Origin: Vicinamibacteria bacterium
GTDB lineage: Bacteria > Acidobacteriota > Vicinamibacteria > Marinacidobacterales > Marinacidobacteraceae
Direction: 5' to 3'
DNA: 64,000 nt
Assembly: GCA_963555995.3 (NCBI GenBank)
Contig: OY821641.1
Span: 2,592,001 to 2,656,000 of the forward strand
The notes under the pieces: model-generated
Seen by the model: the letters and a program-made list of their open reading frames with translations, nothing else
The model's database searches: none
Told to the model about the DNA's origin: nothing
Position numbers and translations under genes: made by a program
Part shown: piece by piece, positions 7,897-16,781 of the stretch
Numbering within the stretch: position 1 is the first letter of the stretch
Layout of the letters: the number at the start of each line of letters is the position of its first letter

Positions 7897-9102
7897 ATGT
7901 TCGACACGAAAGACCAGATCCTCGACCAACTCCGCGCCGGGGAGGACAGCCGCGCCGAGTTCAAAGAAGTGCGCTTCGGGGGCCGCGGGGTGATCTCTCC
8001 CAATACCGAAGATCTGGCCGGCGAACTGGTGGCGTTCGCAAACGCCGGTGGCGGCGCGCTCTTCCTCGGTGTGGACGATTCGGGAAAAGTGCTCGGCATC
8101 CCGTCGGACCGAGTCGGCGCCACGGAACGCTGGCTGGTCAACGTGGCGACGAACAACTGTGATCCCCCGATTCGGCCGGACGTGCGCAAGGTCTGTCTTG
8201 CCGTCCCTAACGGAGATGAGCAGCCGATTCTGGTCATTCGCGTTCCCCGGGGCACCTTCGTCCACCAGACCTCGGGAGGCCGGTACTACGCACGGGTCGG
8301 CTCGACAAAACAGCGGCTCACCTCGCCGGAACTCGCGCGGCTCTTCCAGGATCGCGGCCGCGGTTACGTCTTCGACGAACAGCCGGTGTTCGCCGCCGAC
8401 GTGAACGAGCTCGACTGGGACCGCCTCGAAACATTCTTTGGTCGCTCGCCGAACATTCCGTGGCTCGACCTGCTACGCAACACCCGCGTCGTGCTGCGCG
8501 ACGAGGAGGACGCCGACCGGCCTTCGGTGGCCGGTCTGTTGACCTTCGGCAAACAGCCGACCGAGCACCTGCGGAGCGCCTGGATCGAAGCCGCCTGCTA
8601 CCGGGGAACCCGGCTTTCATCCGACGATCTGATCCACGAGGAGCGCCTCCGCGGCCCGGCCCCCGACCAGATGGACGCCGCGGTCGCCTTCGTCATGCGC
8701 TTCGGCGCCGCCGGTGACGACCCGGCCCGCCGACCGCCCTATGACATCGAGGTGGTGGACGAGGCCATCGTCAACGCCGTCGCCCACCGCGACTATTCCA
8801 TCTACGGCGCAAAGATCCGCCTCTTCCTGTTCGCCGACCGCCTGGAGCTCTACAGCCCGGGTAAGCTGCCCAACACGATGACGCTGGAGGAAATGCCCTA
8901 CCGCGTCTTCACCCGTAACCAACACCTCGTGAACTTCCTCTCCCGCATCCACAGCAAGCGCACGGGCCGGGTCTTCCTCGAATCGCGCGGCGAAGGCGTC
9001 CGTAGGATCCTTGAAGGCGGCGAAGCCCACTCCGGCCGCCGCCCCAAGTACGAACTCTTCGGCGAGGAACTCCGCCTTACCCTCTGGACCAAAGCACGGT
9101 GA
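7897..9102 (+). CDS. Schlafen/AlbA_2 domain plus HATPase_c_4 protein
   Basis: GEDSRAEFKE, VAFANAGGG.LFLGVDD, EAIVNAVAHRDYS, LELYSPGKL, RN..LVNFL, ESRGEGV. Confidence 0.88.
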   Translation: MFDTKDQILDQLRAGEDSRAEFKEVRFGGRGVISPNTEDLAGELVAFANAGGGALFLGVDDSGKVLGIPSDRVGATERWLVNVATNNCDPPIRPDVRKVCLAVPNGDEQPILVIRVPRGTFVHQTSGGRYYARVGSTKQRLTSPELARLFQDRGRGYVFDEQPVFAADVNELDWDRLETFFGRSPNIPWLDLLRNTRVVLRDEEDADRPSVAGLLTFGKQPTEHLRSAWIEAACYRGTRLSSDDLIHEERLRGPAPDQMDAAVAFVMRFGAAGDDPARRPPYDIEVVDEAIVNAVAHRDYSIYGAKIRLFLFADRLELYSPGKLPNTMTLEEMPYRVFTRNQHLVNFLSRIHSKRTGRVFLESRGEGVRRILEGGEAHSGRRPKYELFGEELRLTLWTKAR

Positions 9103-9271
9103 ACGCAGGTTGCGGACCGAAAGGGTACCGTCTGTCGCATTGTGGATCACGAGACAATTCAGAGGACAGTGTTCCACCCAACGCTACCGTAGGGCCGGAT
9201 AGGCGGTAGTAACCGGACGGTATCGCTTCGAAGTCGTGCAGGTGTGCGTCACCGAGACTCAAACGGGATAG

Positions 9272-11479
9272 ATGGGCTGGGGCGGAATGCATCGCGACGG
9301 GAAGGAAAACCGATTGCACTGCATGTGGCGTCGCGTCACGGAGATACTGGGGTCCCCTTGGCGCTGGTGGCGGAACCGAAAAGGACGCGCAGCGGGCCAG
9401 ATGCCGGCGGTGCTCGGCGATGGTTTGGGCGGAGCGAATTGGGACCGGCATCCAGTACCAACAAGCTCGGAGACTGCACCGCCCACAGCGGAACCAACCG
9501 AGGCAGAACCAAGTAACACGGCGCAGGAGAACGACACCGACCCACTACCGACTCCCGATAAGGATCGCGCCGGGGGCGAACCAATCTCGCACGGAATTGC
9601 TGAGAGGGAGCGCGACAGCGAAGCGTCGCGACGACCGCGGTCGCGCGGGGGCGAACGCGGGCGGGAGCATCGGGGCAAGGATCCTGCTGACGGGGAGACT
9701 GTGTGGCATCCGTCGGCAACAAAGGAGGGACAGGTAGAGATCGTGTGCCGTGAGCACGAAGGGCGGTGGGAGCTAGCGGTCGTGCCGCGTCGCGGCGTGG
9801 TGGTGCGCGGCACCGATGGGCAGCTGGCGTCAGCGAACGGCGAATTCGTTCCGGCATCCTTTCGCAGCGAGGTCTATATCGAGAACGTCGCAGGAGGAGA
9901 GCGCCGACTCCTGCCGCTGTATACGGACAAACCAATGGTCTTCCAAGTCGGCACGGACTGGCGGGGTCCGGGCCGCAAAGTGCGCGGAGTCGGTGTCGGC
10001 CACTTCGTGGCGATCGTGCCCATGGAGTGGACCCGTTGGGGAAGCGCGCCGGTGAAGCCGGAACCATGTGCGGATGCGGGTTTCTGCGCGCACTACTTCC
10101 ACGGGGCTCGAGGGGACGCACCGAAGGCCGAAGGGTTCGAAGAATTCGGCGCCGTGTCGACCTCGGTCATCGAACTTGTCGGTCGGCGGGTCTTCGACGA
10201 CTCGGATCAGGGCGAGCTGTACGTGGGGCATGTACCGGAGCTAAACGCGCCAGGCATGGCGTGGGCACATGTGGGCGAGGAGGGTCGAAAAGGCTGGCGC
10301 GAAACCTATCGCCTGGACAGCGGACAAACGCTCGCCGATGTCGTCGGGGATCGCCAAGGGTGGTTCTTTGTACGCGTGTACCGCGAGGGCGAAATAGTGC
10401 AGGCGGACAGCGTCCAGTTCCGATACCTCGCGAGTCTGCGGGAGATCCGCATCGACGGGAGGCCGTACACGGCCGACACGCTCTTGACTCCGGGGCCGCG
10501 AGGCCACGGAACGTCGCGGATCGATTTCGTCGGATCAACCAAAGCCCGCGTCCGCATCGAGGGAACGGTGACGAGCGGACTGAGTGTGGCGCCCGGTGGC
10601 ACGTCGGTCGCGTGTGCCCCGCACCCAGAGCTGGGGGAGTTGCAGTTTCGGTTGACCGATGGCCACGGAGCGGTGGATGTTGTGATCGACCTGCCGCGGG
10701 TGTGGTGGCGGCTGGAGCGCGCGGGACAGGCGCTGGCCTCCTGGAGGGACCGATCCGATACCGTGACTAGGAACGAGTACCGAGCGCTGGCGCTCGACGG
10801 GTTTGCGGTAACGGTAAGGGTGCCGGCACGGGCCGCCCCGGTCGGGTTCGGCTTCGACGAGGAAGGTCGAGTGGGGTACCCGGGCAGGCGGGAGGGACGG
10901 CGCGCGTTGTGCGTCGTGTCGCTCCGGGATTTCGCGGACCACGAGGAGATCGACCGGCGGTTGTTCCGGGATGCCGTCTTTGGCGCGCGCTGCGGGGAGG
11001 CCATAGTGGACCTCATGAAGGTGGCCGCCGACCCGTTACCCAAGATCGCTGAATTCACAGTCGCGCCTGCTCGCGCGCGGGTGGGGGAGACGGTGGCCGT
11101 ACTCTGGAGGATCGAGAACTGCGAAGGCGTCGAAGTCTCACTGGAGCCGGACGTCGGTCCGGTGGCTGCCGAGGGCCGGTACAAAATCCGAATGGACCGA
11201 CGGACGCGGGTGGCCCTGCGGCTCGTCGCACCCGGGATGAACGACCTCGTGCGCGAGTTCTTCGTCGACTTGGAGCCACCCGCGGCGTCCTTGGAGCAAC
11301 AGCCCATAGCGCGCGCAAGGCGAGCCGGGAGCTGGCGTCGCGCGAAGGGATTCAGCCCCGGGGAGATGGCGGAGGCCGCGGGCTCAGTGCGACTATCGGT
11401 AAGGCGCGACCGGCGCCGCAGAAGCGCGCACGCGATCAACATCGCGTCACTTGAGGACTGGATGAATGCACAACGCTGA
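9272..11479 (+). CDS. Uncharacterised helicase partner: beta-rich/Ig-like domains plus C-terminal ribosomal protein L13e-like domain
   Basis: 735 aa; Ig-like PKIAEFTVAP...GETVAVLWRIENC..V.LEPDVGPV; C-terminal RRAKGFSPGEMAEA...DRRRRSAHAINIASL; overlaps the helicase start by 14 nt; start uncertain. Confidence 0.75.
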   Translation: MGWGGMHRDGKENRLHCMWRRVTEILGSPWRWWRNRKGRAAGQMPAVLGDGLGGANWDRHPVPTSSETAPPTAEPTEAEPSNTAQENDTDPLPTPDKDRAGGEPISHGIAERERDSEASRRPRSRGGERGREHRGKDPADGETVWHPSATKEGQVEIVCREHEGRWELAVVPRRGVVVRGTDGQLASANGEFVPASFRSEVYIENVAGGERRLLPLYTDKPMVFQVGTDWRGPGRKVRGVGVGHFVAIVPMEWTRWGSAPVKPEPCADAGFCAHYFHGARGDAPKAEGFEEFGAVSTSVIELVGRRVFDDSDQGELYVGHVPELNAPGMAWAHVGEEGRKGWRETYRLDSGQTLADVVGDRQGWFFVRVYREGEIVQADSVQFRYLASLREIRIDGRPYTADTLLTPGPRGHGTSRIDFVGSTKARVRIEGTVTSGLSVAPGGTSVACAPHPELGELQFRLTDGHGAVDVVIDLPRVWWRLERAGQALASWRDRSDTVTRNEYRALALDGFAVTVRVPARAAPVGFGFDEEGRVGYPGRREGRRALCVVSLRDFADHEEIDRRLFRDAVFGARCGEAIVDLMKVAADPLPKIAEFTVAPARARVGETVAVLWRIENCEGVEVSLEPDVGPVAAEGRYKIRMDRRTRVALRLVAPGMNDLVREFFVDLEPPAASLEQQPIARARRAGSWRRAKGFSPGEMAEAAGSVRLSVRRDRRRRSAHAINIASLEDWMNAQR

Positions 11480-14400
11480 AGAGCTGAGCGGCTGGACGGA
11501 GACCATCCGACAGCGTTATCGGAACTATTTGCGGACATCGTTCTTCTTCAAGGAACCCGCGCTGCGAACCTCGTTCGCAGTGGCGCTAGAGCAGGAGGCG
11601 GAGCTGCTGAAGGGACCGTTTCCGGAACCGGGACGGTTGTTCGCCCGTGGCGTGAGCGCGCCGGAGCTCGCGCAGGAATACCTCGGTAGTGAGTGCGACG
11701 GGTTGCGTCCGGCACTGCTTGACAATCCCTTGTACACGCACCAAGAGCGGGCTGTACGAATGACCTTCGGCGAAGCGCGCAACGTTGTGGTGGCCACCGG
11801 GACGGCGAGTGGCAAAACGGAGAGCTTCCTGTATCCGATCCTGTTCGAGTTGTACCGGCAGCATCTGGCCGGGCAGCTTGCGGTGCCGGGTGTTCGCGCC
11901 TTGGTGCTCTATCCGATGAACGCGCTCGCGAACGATCAACGGGAGCGTCTGCGGAAAATCTGCCGCACGCTAGAACACCACGGTTCGGATTTCATACCGA
12001 CGTTTGGGCAGTACATCGGCGAGACCCCCTACATTGCGCCGGCCGACGTGGCCGAGGAGGCTGCCCGTGGTGAACTGCTAGGCCGTGAGCAGATGCGGCA
12101 GACACCGCCACACATCCTCTTGACGAACTACTCGATGCTGGAATACCTGCTGATGCGGCCGGACGATAGTCCGCTGTTCGAGAACAGCAGCCAGTGGCAG
12201 TTCATGGTGCTTGACGAGGCTCACCAGTACCGGGGCGCGAAAGGCATGGAGATGGGGATGCTGCTGCGGCGCCTCAAACAACGCCTGCGCGACGGCGGGC
12301 GGGCGGACGCGTTCCGCTGCATCGCAACGAGTGCCACGATGAGTTCGGGGGAGGGCGGCAAAGAGCGCCAAGCGGTCGCGGACTTCGCGACGGCTCTGTT
12401 CGGCGAACCGTTCGAAATGGACGGCGTAATCTTCGGGGAACTGGACGCAACAGATCGCCCCATGGCCACTGCGGGGCGCTACCACGCGTTTCTGCGGGCC
12501 TTGGAGGGCGCCTTCTTGGTCCATCGTGGTGGCAGGGACGTAGTGGTTTTGAACCGCAGCGGTGGGGAGGCACCAGCGGGGCCTCCCGTGCCGCTCGAGA
12601 TCGCGCTCTGCAGGGAATGTGGGCAGCACTACTATGTGGGTCGCGAGCGCGGCGGGCGGCTCGCGGAAGGAATTCGGGATCCCAGCCACGAGTCGTTCGG
12701 CGTCGAGTACTTCCTGCCGACGGACTACGCGGCCACACACTGGCTCTGTCGCCGCTGCGGGGCGCTGTCCGGCGGCGGGCCTACGTGCGATTGCGACGCA
12801 GGCACGGGGGTGAAGCACTGCGAGGCACATCCGGACCGGCCGGACCAGTTGCGCGAATGCGCTGTGTGCGGCTACCAGCGGGGTAGTCTGGGCGATCCCG
12901 TCCAAGAGATCGTGCACGGGTCAGACGGGCCGAACGCAGTGATCGCCACGGCGCTCCACGAAGTGCTGCCAGCAGAGCGCCGCAAGGTGTTGGCGTTCGC
13001 GGACAGCCGGCAGGAAGCCGCGTTCTTCGCCTGGTACGCGGAGGACTCATACAAGAAGCTCCGCGATCGCAACCTCATGCTTCGGGCGCTCCGCTCGAGT
13101 CCCATCGATGTCGAAGGGTTGTCGGTGGACGACCTGGCGACACGGTTGGCACGGCAATGGGACGCAGCCGGTCTCCTGAAGGAATCCGACACTCAGGAGA
13201 CACGCAAGCGCGCGGTCCTTGGGTCGATCTTTGCAGAGGCGCTCACCGAAGAGCGGCGCCTTTCATTGGCGGGCGTAGGGCTCGTGAAATGGACGGTGAG
13301 AATCCCAGCAGATGTCTTATTGCCCGCTATCGTGCATGCGACGCCGTGGCGCTTGAGCGATTTCGAGGCGCGGGAACTGATCGGCTTCCTGCTGGAACAG
13401 ATGCGCACGCGGCGTGCTCTCGCGCTGCCGGAGGGACCGGGAGCGCCGGACTGGGCCGATGTGACGCCGTGGGCGACCCAGGCGTTCGCACCCGGCCCAC
13501 CCGGACGCCGAAAGGGCGTGGTGCAATGGGGCGGACCGCAATCGGCCGTCGTCACGCACTATCTCGCCAGGCTGCTCGGTGCCGAGGTTTTCGAGGAGCA
13601 GCGCCCGCAAACGTCTCAGGCGCTGATGCGGGCGCTGTGGCAGGCACTCCGGGACCGGGATCGCGCCCACCGTTCGGACGAACAGCTGTTGTGGGGTGGC
13701 CAGGGCAGGTGGAACGGGACGTTCCGGATTAGCCCACACTGGCTGCGGGTCCAGCTGGCCGACGCAGCCGACATCTGGGAATGTGACACGTGCGCAGGGC
13801 TGAGCGCACACCGCGTGCGCGGCATCTGTCCCCGCAACGGATGCCCCGGAACGCTTGGCTCGGTAGACGAGGGGCGATTAGGTCAGAACCACTATCGGAT
13901 TCTCTACGAGAGCGACGAACTTCCCGCCGAATTGGTGGCGGAAGAGCACACCGCGCAGATCGAAAGCGGTGAGGCGCGGCGCCGTCAACGGGATTTCAAG
14001 GATGGATCGACACACTTGCTCAGCTCGTCGACGACGTTTGAGGTAGGTGTCGACCTCGGCGATCTGGACGTGGTATTCCTGCGAAACGTCCCGCCCGAGC
14101 CATTCAACTACACACAACGCGTGGGGCGTGCCGGGCGCCGGGACAGGCCCGGGCTCGCGCTGACGTACTGCCGGCGGAACCCGCACGACCTGTACCACTA
14201 CGGCGACCCCGAGGAGCGGGTGATCAGGGGCAAAGTGGAGCCACCCAGGCTCCGGATGACGAATGAGAGGATCATCGTACGGCACATGGTTGCCGCGTCG
14301 CTTGCGGCCTTTTTCAAGGCTGACGACAACCGCGGCCGGTTCAAGAATGTGGAGGCGTTCGTGGGGGACTGGTCGGCACCTCGGAGCGTGTCGGACGTAA

Positions 14401-15677
14401 GGAGCTTTTGCACCGGCAACGCGGCGCTTGGGAAGGCGCTGCGTCGCATCGTTCCTGATGAGATGCACGACGCGGTCGGTCTGTCCTCGGACGGCTGGGT
14501 GAGGCGCGTCTGCGGGCCCGCGAGCCGCTTCGCGCAAGTTGAAGCGGAGGTAGTTTCTGACTACCAACGCATGGAAGACTTGCGACTGGCGCTATTCCAG
14601 AAGCGGGAGAGCACGGGTCGGGTCGAGGCTCGGATCAGGACGGTACGCCGTGAATCGACCCTGACTTTCCTGTCGCGCAAGGCGGTGATCCCGAAATACG
14701 GCTTTCCGGTGGATGTCGTAGAACTGGACACGCACTCGGAGGACGGGCGCGTGGCCCTGCAACGGGATCTGTCGCAGGCGATCGCGGAGTACGCACCAGG
14801 GGGGCGCGTTGTTGCGAACAAGCGCGAGTGGTCGTCGTACGGGCTGAAGATGGTAGCTGGGAAGGCGTGGCCCGTGCGGTCCTACGCGTACGACGACGCA
14901 CGGAGTTTCCGGCAGTGGCACGAGGGCGATCCGTCAGCGCCGCCTGATGCCCGCCGATATGTGATCCCGGAATGGGGGTTCGTGACCCAGTGGTCGAAAC
15001 AACCGCCACGGCCGCAGGGCCGCGCGCGGCGCTTCTACACTACCCGGCCGTTCTTCCGGGGCTTCGGCCGCGTGGATCGGCCGACCACGCGCGTCGTTCG
15101 CGGCGTGGAGGTGACGCAGGCGCAACCCGGGACGCTCGTGATTCTCTGCGAAGGGAGGAACCGGTCGGGTTTCTACATCTGCGGCATGTGCGGCGCGCAT
15201 GCCACGGCGCGAAAGAGGGCACATCGGACACCTGCGAACATCGCTTGCCAAGGTTCGATGGGCTGGTTCTCGCTCGGCCATGAACTCGTAACCGACGTGG
15301 TGCGCCTGAAGTTTCCGGGAGTCGGAGACGAGTGGCACGCATACTCGGTCGGGTATGCCGTGCTCCTGGGCGCCGCGGAGACGCTCGGCGTGCCCAACAC
15401 GGACTTGAACGTGACGATTGCAAGGGCTGAAGATCCAGGCACGTCCGCCATCGTGCTCTACGACGCGGTGCCGGGTGGGGCCGGACTGGTCGCGCAACTC
15501 GAGCGTGACGACGTGTTTTCACGCGTGCTGGTGCTCGCCCGTCAGCGCGTGGACGGCGACTGTGGTTGCGATTCAAGCTGTTACGGTTGCCTACGCAGCT
15601 ACCGGAATCAGTTCGCGCATCCGTACCTCCACCGGATGCGCGCGGCGGAGACGCTGGACGCGCTAAGAGGGCCGTGA
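11466..15677 (+). CDS. DEAH-box helicase with Zn ribbons and C-terminal DUF1998 (YprA family, DruE-like)
   Basis: LYTHQ, TGTASGKT, YPMNALANDQ, TNYSMLEY, DEAH, TSAT, LAFADSRQEAA, TFEVGVDLG, QRVGRAGR, YDAVPGGAG, CGCDSSCYGCL. Confidence 0.92.
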   Translation: MHNAEELSGWTETIRQRYRNYLRTSFFFKEPALRTSFAVALEQEAELLKGPFPEPGRLFARGVSAPELAQEYLGSECDGLRPALLDNPLYTHQERAVRMTFGEARNVVVATGTASGKTESFLYPILFELYRQHLAGQLAVPGVRALVLYPMNALANDQRERLRKICRTLEHHGSDFIPTFGQYIGETPYIAPADVAEEAARGELLGREQMRQTPPHILLTNYSMLEYLLMRPDDSPLFENSSQWQFMVLDEAHQYRGAKGMEMGMLLRRLKQRLRDGGRADAFRCIATSATMSSGEGGKERQAVADFATALFGEPFEMDGVIFGELDATDRPMATAGRYHAFLRALEGAFLVHRGGRDVVVLNRSGGEAPAGPPVPLEIALCRECGQHYYVGRERGGRLAEGIRDPSHESFGVEYFLPTDYAATHWLCRRCGALSGGGPTCDCDAGTGVKHCEAHPDRPDQLRECAVCGYQRGSLGDPVQEIVHGSDGPNAVIATALHEVLPAERRKVLAFADSRQEAAFFAWYAEDSYKKLRDRNLMLRALRSSPIDVEGLSVDDLATRLARQWDAAGLLKESDTQETRKRAVLGSIFAEALTEERRLSLAGVGLVKWTVRIPADVLLPAIVHATPWRLSDFEARELIGFLLEQMRTRRALALPEGPGAPDWADVTPWATQAFAPGPPGRRKGVVQWGGPQSAVVTHYLARLLGAEVFEEQRPQTSQALMRALWQALRDRDRAHRSDEQLLWGGQGRWNGTFRISPHWLRVQLADAADIWECDTCAGLSAHRVRGICPRNGCPGTLGSVDEGRLGQNHYRILYESDELPAELVAEEHTAQIESGEARRRQRDFKDGSTHLLSSSTTFEVGVDLGDLDVVFLRNVPPEPFNYTQRVGRAGRRDRPGLALTYCRRNPHDLYHYGDPEERVIRGKVEPPRLRMTNERIIVRHMVAASLAAFFKADDNRGRFKNVEAFVGDWSAPRSVSDVRSFCTGNAALGKALRRIVPDEMHDAVGLSSDGWVRRVCGPASRFAQVEAEVVSDYQRMEDLRLALFQKRESTGRVEARIRTVRRESTLTFLSRKAVIPKYGFPVDVVELDTHSEDGRVALQRDLSQAIAEYAPGGRVVANKREWSSYGLKMVAGKAWPVRSYAYDDARSFRQWHEGDPSAPPDARRYVIPEWGFVTQWSKQPPRPQGRARRFYTTRPFFRGFGRVDRPTTRVVRGVEVTQAQPGTLVILCEGRNRSGFYICGMCGAHATARKRAHRTPANIACQGSMGWFSLGHELVTDVVRLKFPGVGDEWHAYSVGYAVLLGAAETLGVPNTDLNVTIARAEDPGTSAIVLYDAVPGGAGLVAQLERDDVFSRVLVLARQRVDGDCGCDSSCYGCLRSYRNQFAHPYLHRMRAAETLDALRGP

Positions 15678-15820
15678 GGTCTGCGGTGCGGCGACCGCCA
15701 AGAATGCCGAGGTCCGGCTCGAGGGCCGTCCGGACTCCAACGTTTTTCGGAGTGGGCGGACACGGGGTCATATGCCGCGTATCGGAGCGACCAGAGTCGT
15801 AACGGAGGTTGAGATCGGAC

Positions 15821-16663
15821 GTGAAGAAGCAACTTGGGTACAGCGAGTTCTCCTTCGGGTACGCCTTCACGGAGAACTTGGTGCGGTCGTCGGCGGCGGG
15901 TCCGCCGGCCGCACCGCGTTTTCCAAACCTGCAAGAGGAGGGACAGCTTGGCTATGACGTGCAGTTGACGGCGGGAGGAGTTCCGTTGTTCCTGCAGTTC
16001 AAGCTGCCGGAACGGATGGTGCGCACGACGGCGGCCGAGATTTCGAAGTACGGCCTCAATCGGAGTGGTCTGTCAACACCGTTCTTTCGGTTGTATCTGA
16101 TGAAGAGGAACGTGTCCCGGCAGCACGAGCTGCTGATCGAAATAGAACAGAAGGAGCCTGGAAGCGTCTTCTACGCAATGCCCCACCTGGTTGGACCGCG
16201 AGAATTCAGCACGGCCTACGCCGCTATGGCCGTGCATCGACACTCCGTGCTGTTTTCTCCCTGTGATATCGGTCCGTTGCGAGACGATGCGCAGCACACA
16301 GTTGCGTACGACCCGAGGTCGCGCGGCGCGTGGTTTTGTTCGGAGCCGAAACTCATTGAAGCCCACGATGTCGTGTCGGTGCTTGCGGAGAGGGGCCGGG
16401 CGGCGAGTGAGCAGGTGACAGGTGGTTTGGCAGCCGTGGCGCGAGCGATTTCCGGACGGATTCTGTCGACGAGACCCGGTGAGCTTGACGACGTAGCAGC
16501 TGCGGCGCGGGAACGGCGGCGGCGCATCGTCGCGGATTCGCGGCAGCGCGACGAGGCAGAGGAAGCCGTTGAGGAGCTGTTCATCGCACGAGAGTTAGCC
16601 CGCATCGGACTAGGTGTGGAGTTGCTGATCGCGCAGCCCCGCCCTGCGACGGCGACGAGGTGA
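15821..16663 (+). CDS. Putative PD-(D/E)xK restriction-like nuclease
   Basis: SEFSFGYAF...EEGQLGYDV...PLFLQFKL, a D...QxK active-site pattern. Confidence 0.62.
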   Translation: MKKQLGYSEFSFGYAFTENLVRSSAAGPPAAPRFPNLQEEGQLGYDVQLTAGGVPLFLQFKLPERMVRTTAAEISKYGLNRSGLSTPFFRLYLMKRNVSRQHELLIEIEQKEPGSVFYAMPHLVGPREFSTAYAAMAVHRHSVLFSPCDIGPLRDDAQHTVAYDPRSRGAWFCSEPKLIEAHDVVSVLAERGRAASEQVTGGLAAVARAISGRILSTRPGELDDVAAAARERRRRIVADSRQRDEAEEAVEELFIARELARIGLGVELLIAQPRPATATR

Positions 16664-16781
16664 TAGCCAGAATCCGGATCGTGCGTAATGACCTAGTGAA
16701 TCATTGCCCTAGTGATCCAGAACAGCGACCACGGGGAGGGATGCCCACCAAAGACCGGCGTTCCCAGCCCGCGCGTCAGTC

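Noticed and set aside
11300-11479. A genuine ribosomal protein gene or archaeal contamination
   Set aside because: The L13e-like segment is the in-frame tail of a 735-aa ORF overlapping the helicase, within clearly bacterial context
9272-16663. DISARM or restriction-modification assignment
   Set aside because: No methyltransferase, SNF2 or PLD gene; DUF1998 is fused to the helicase
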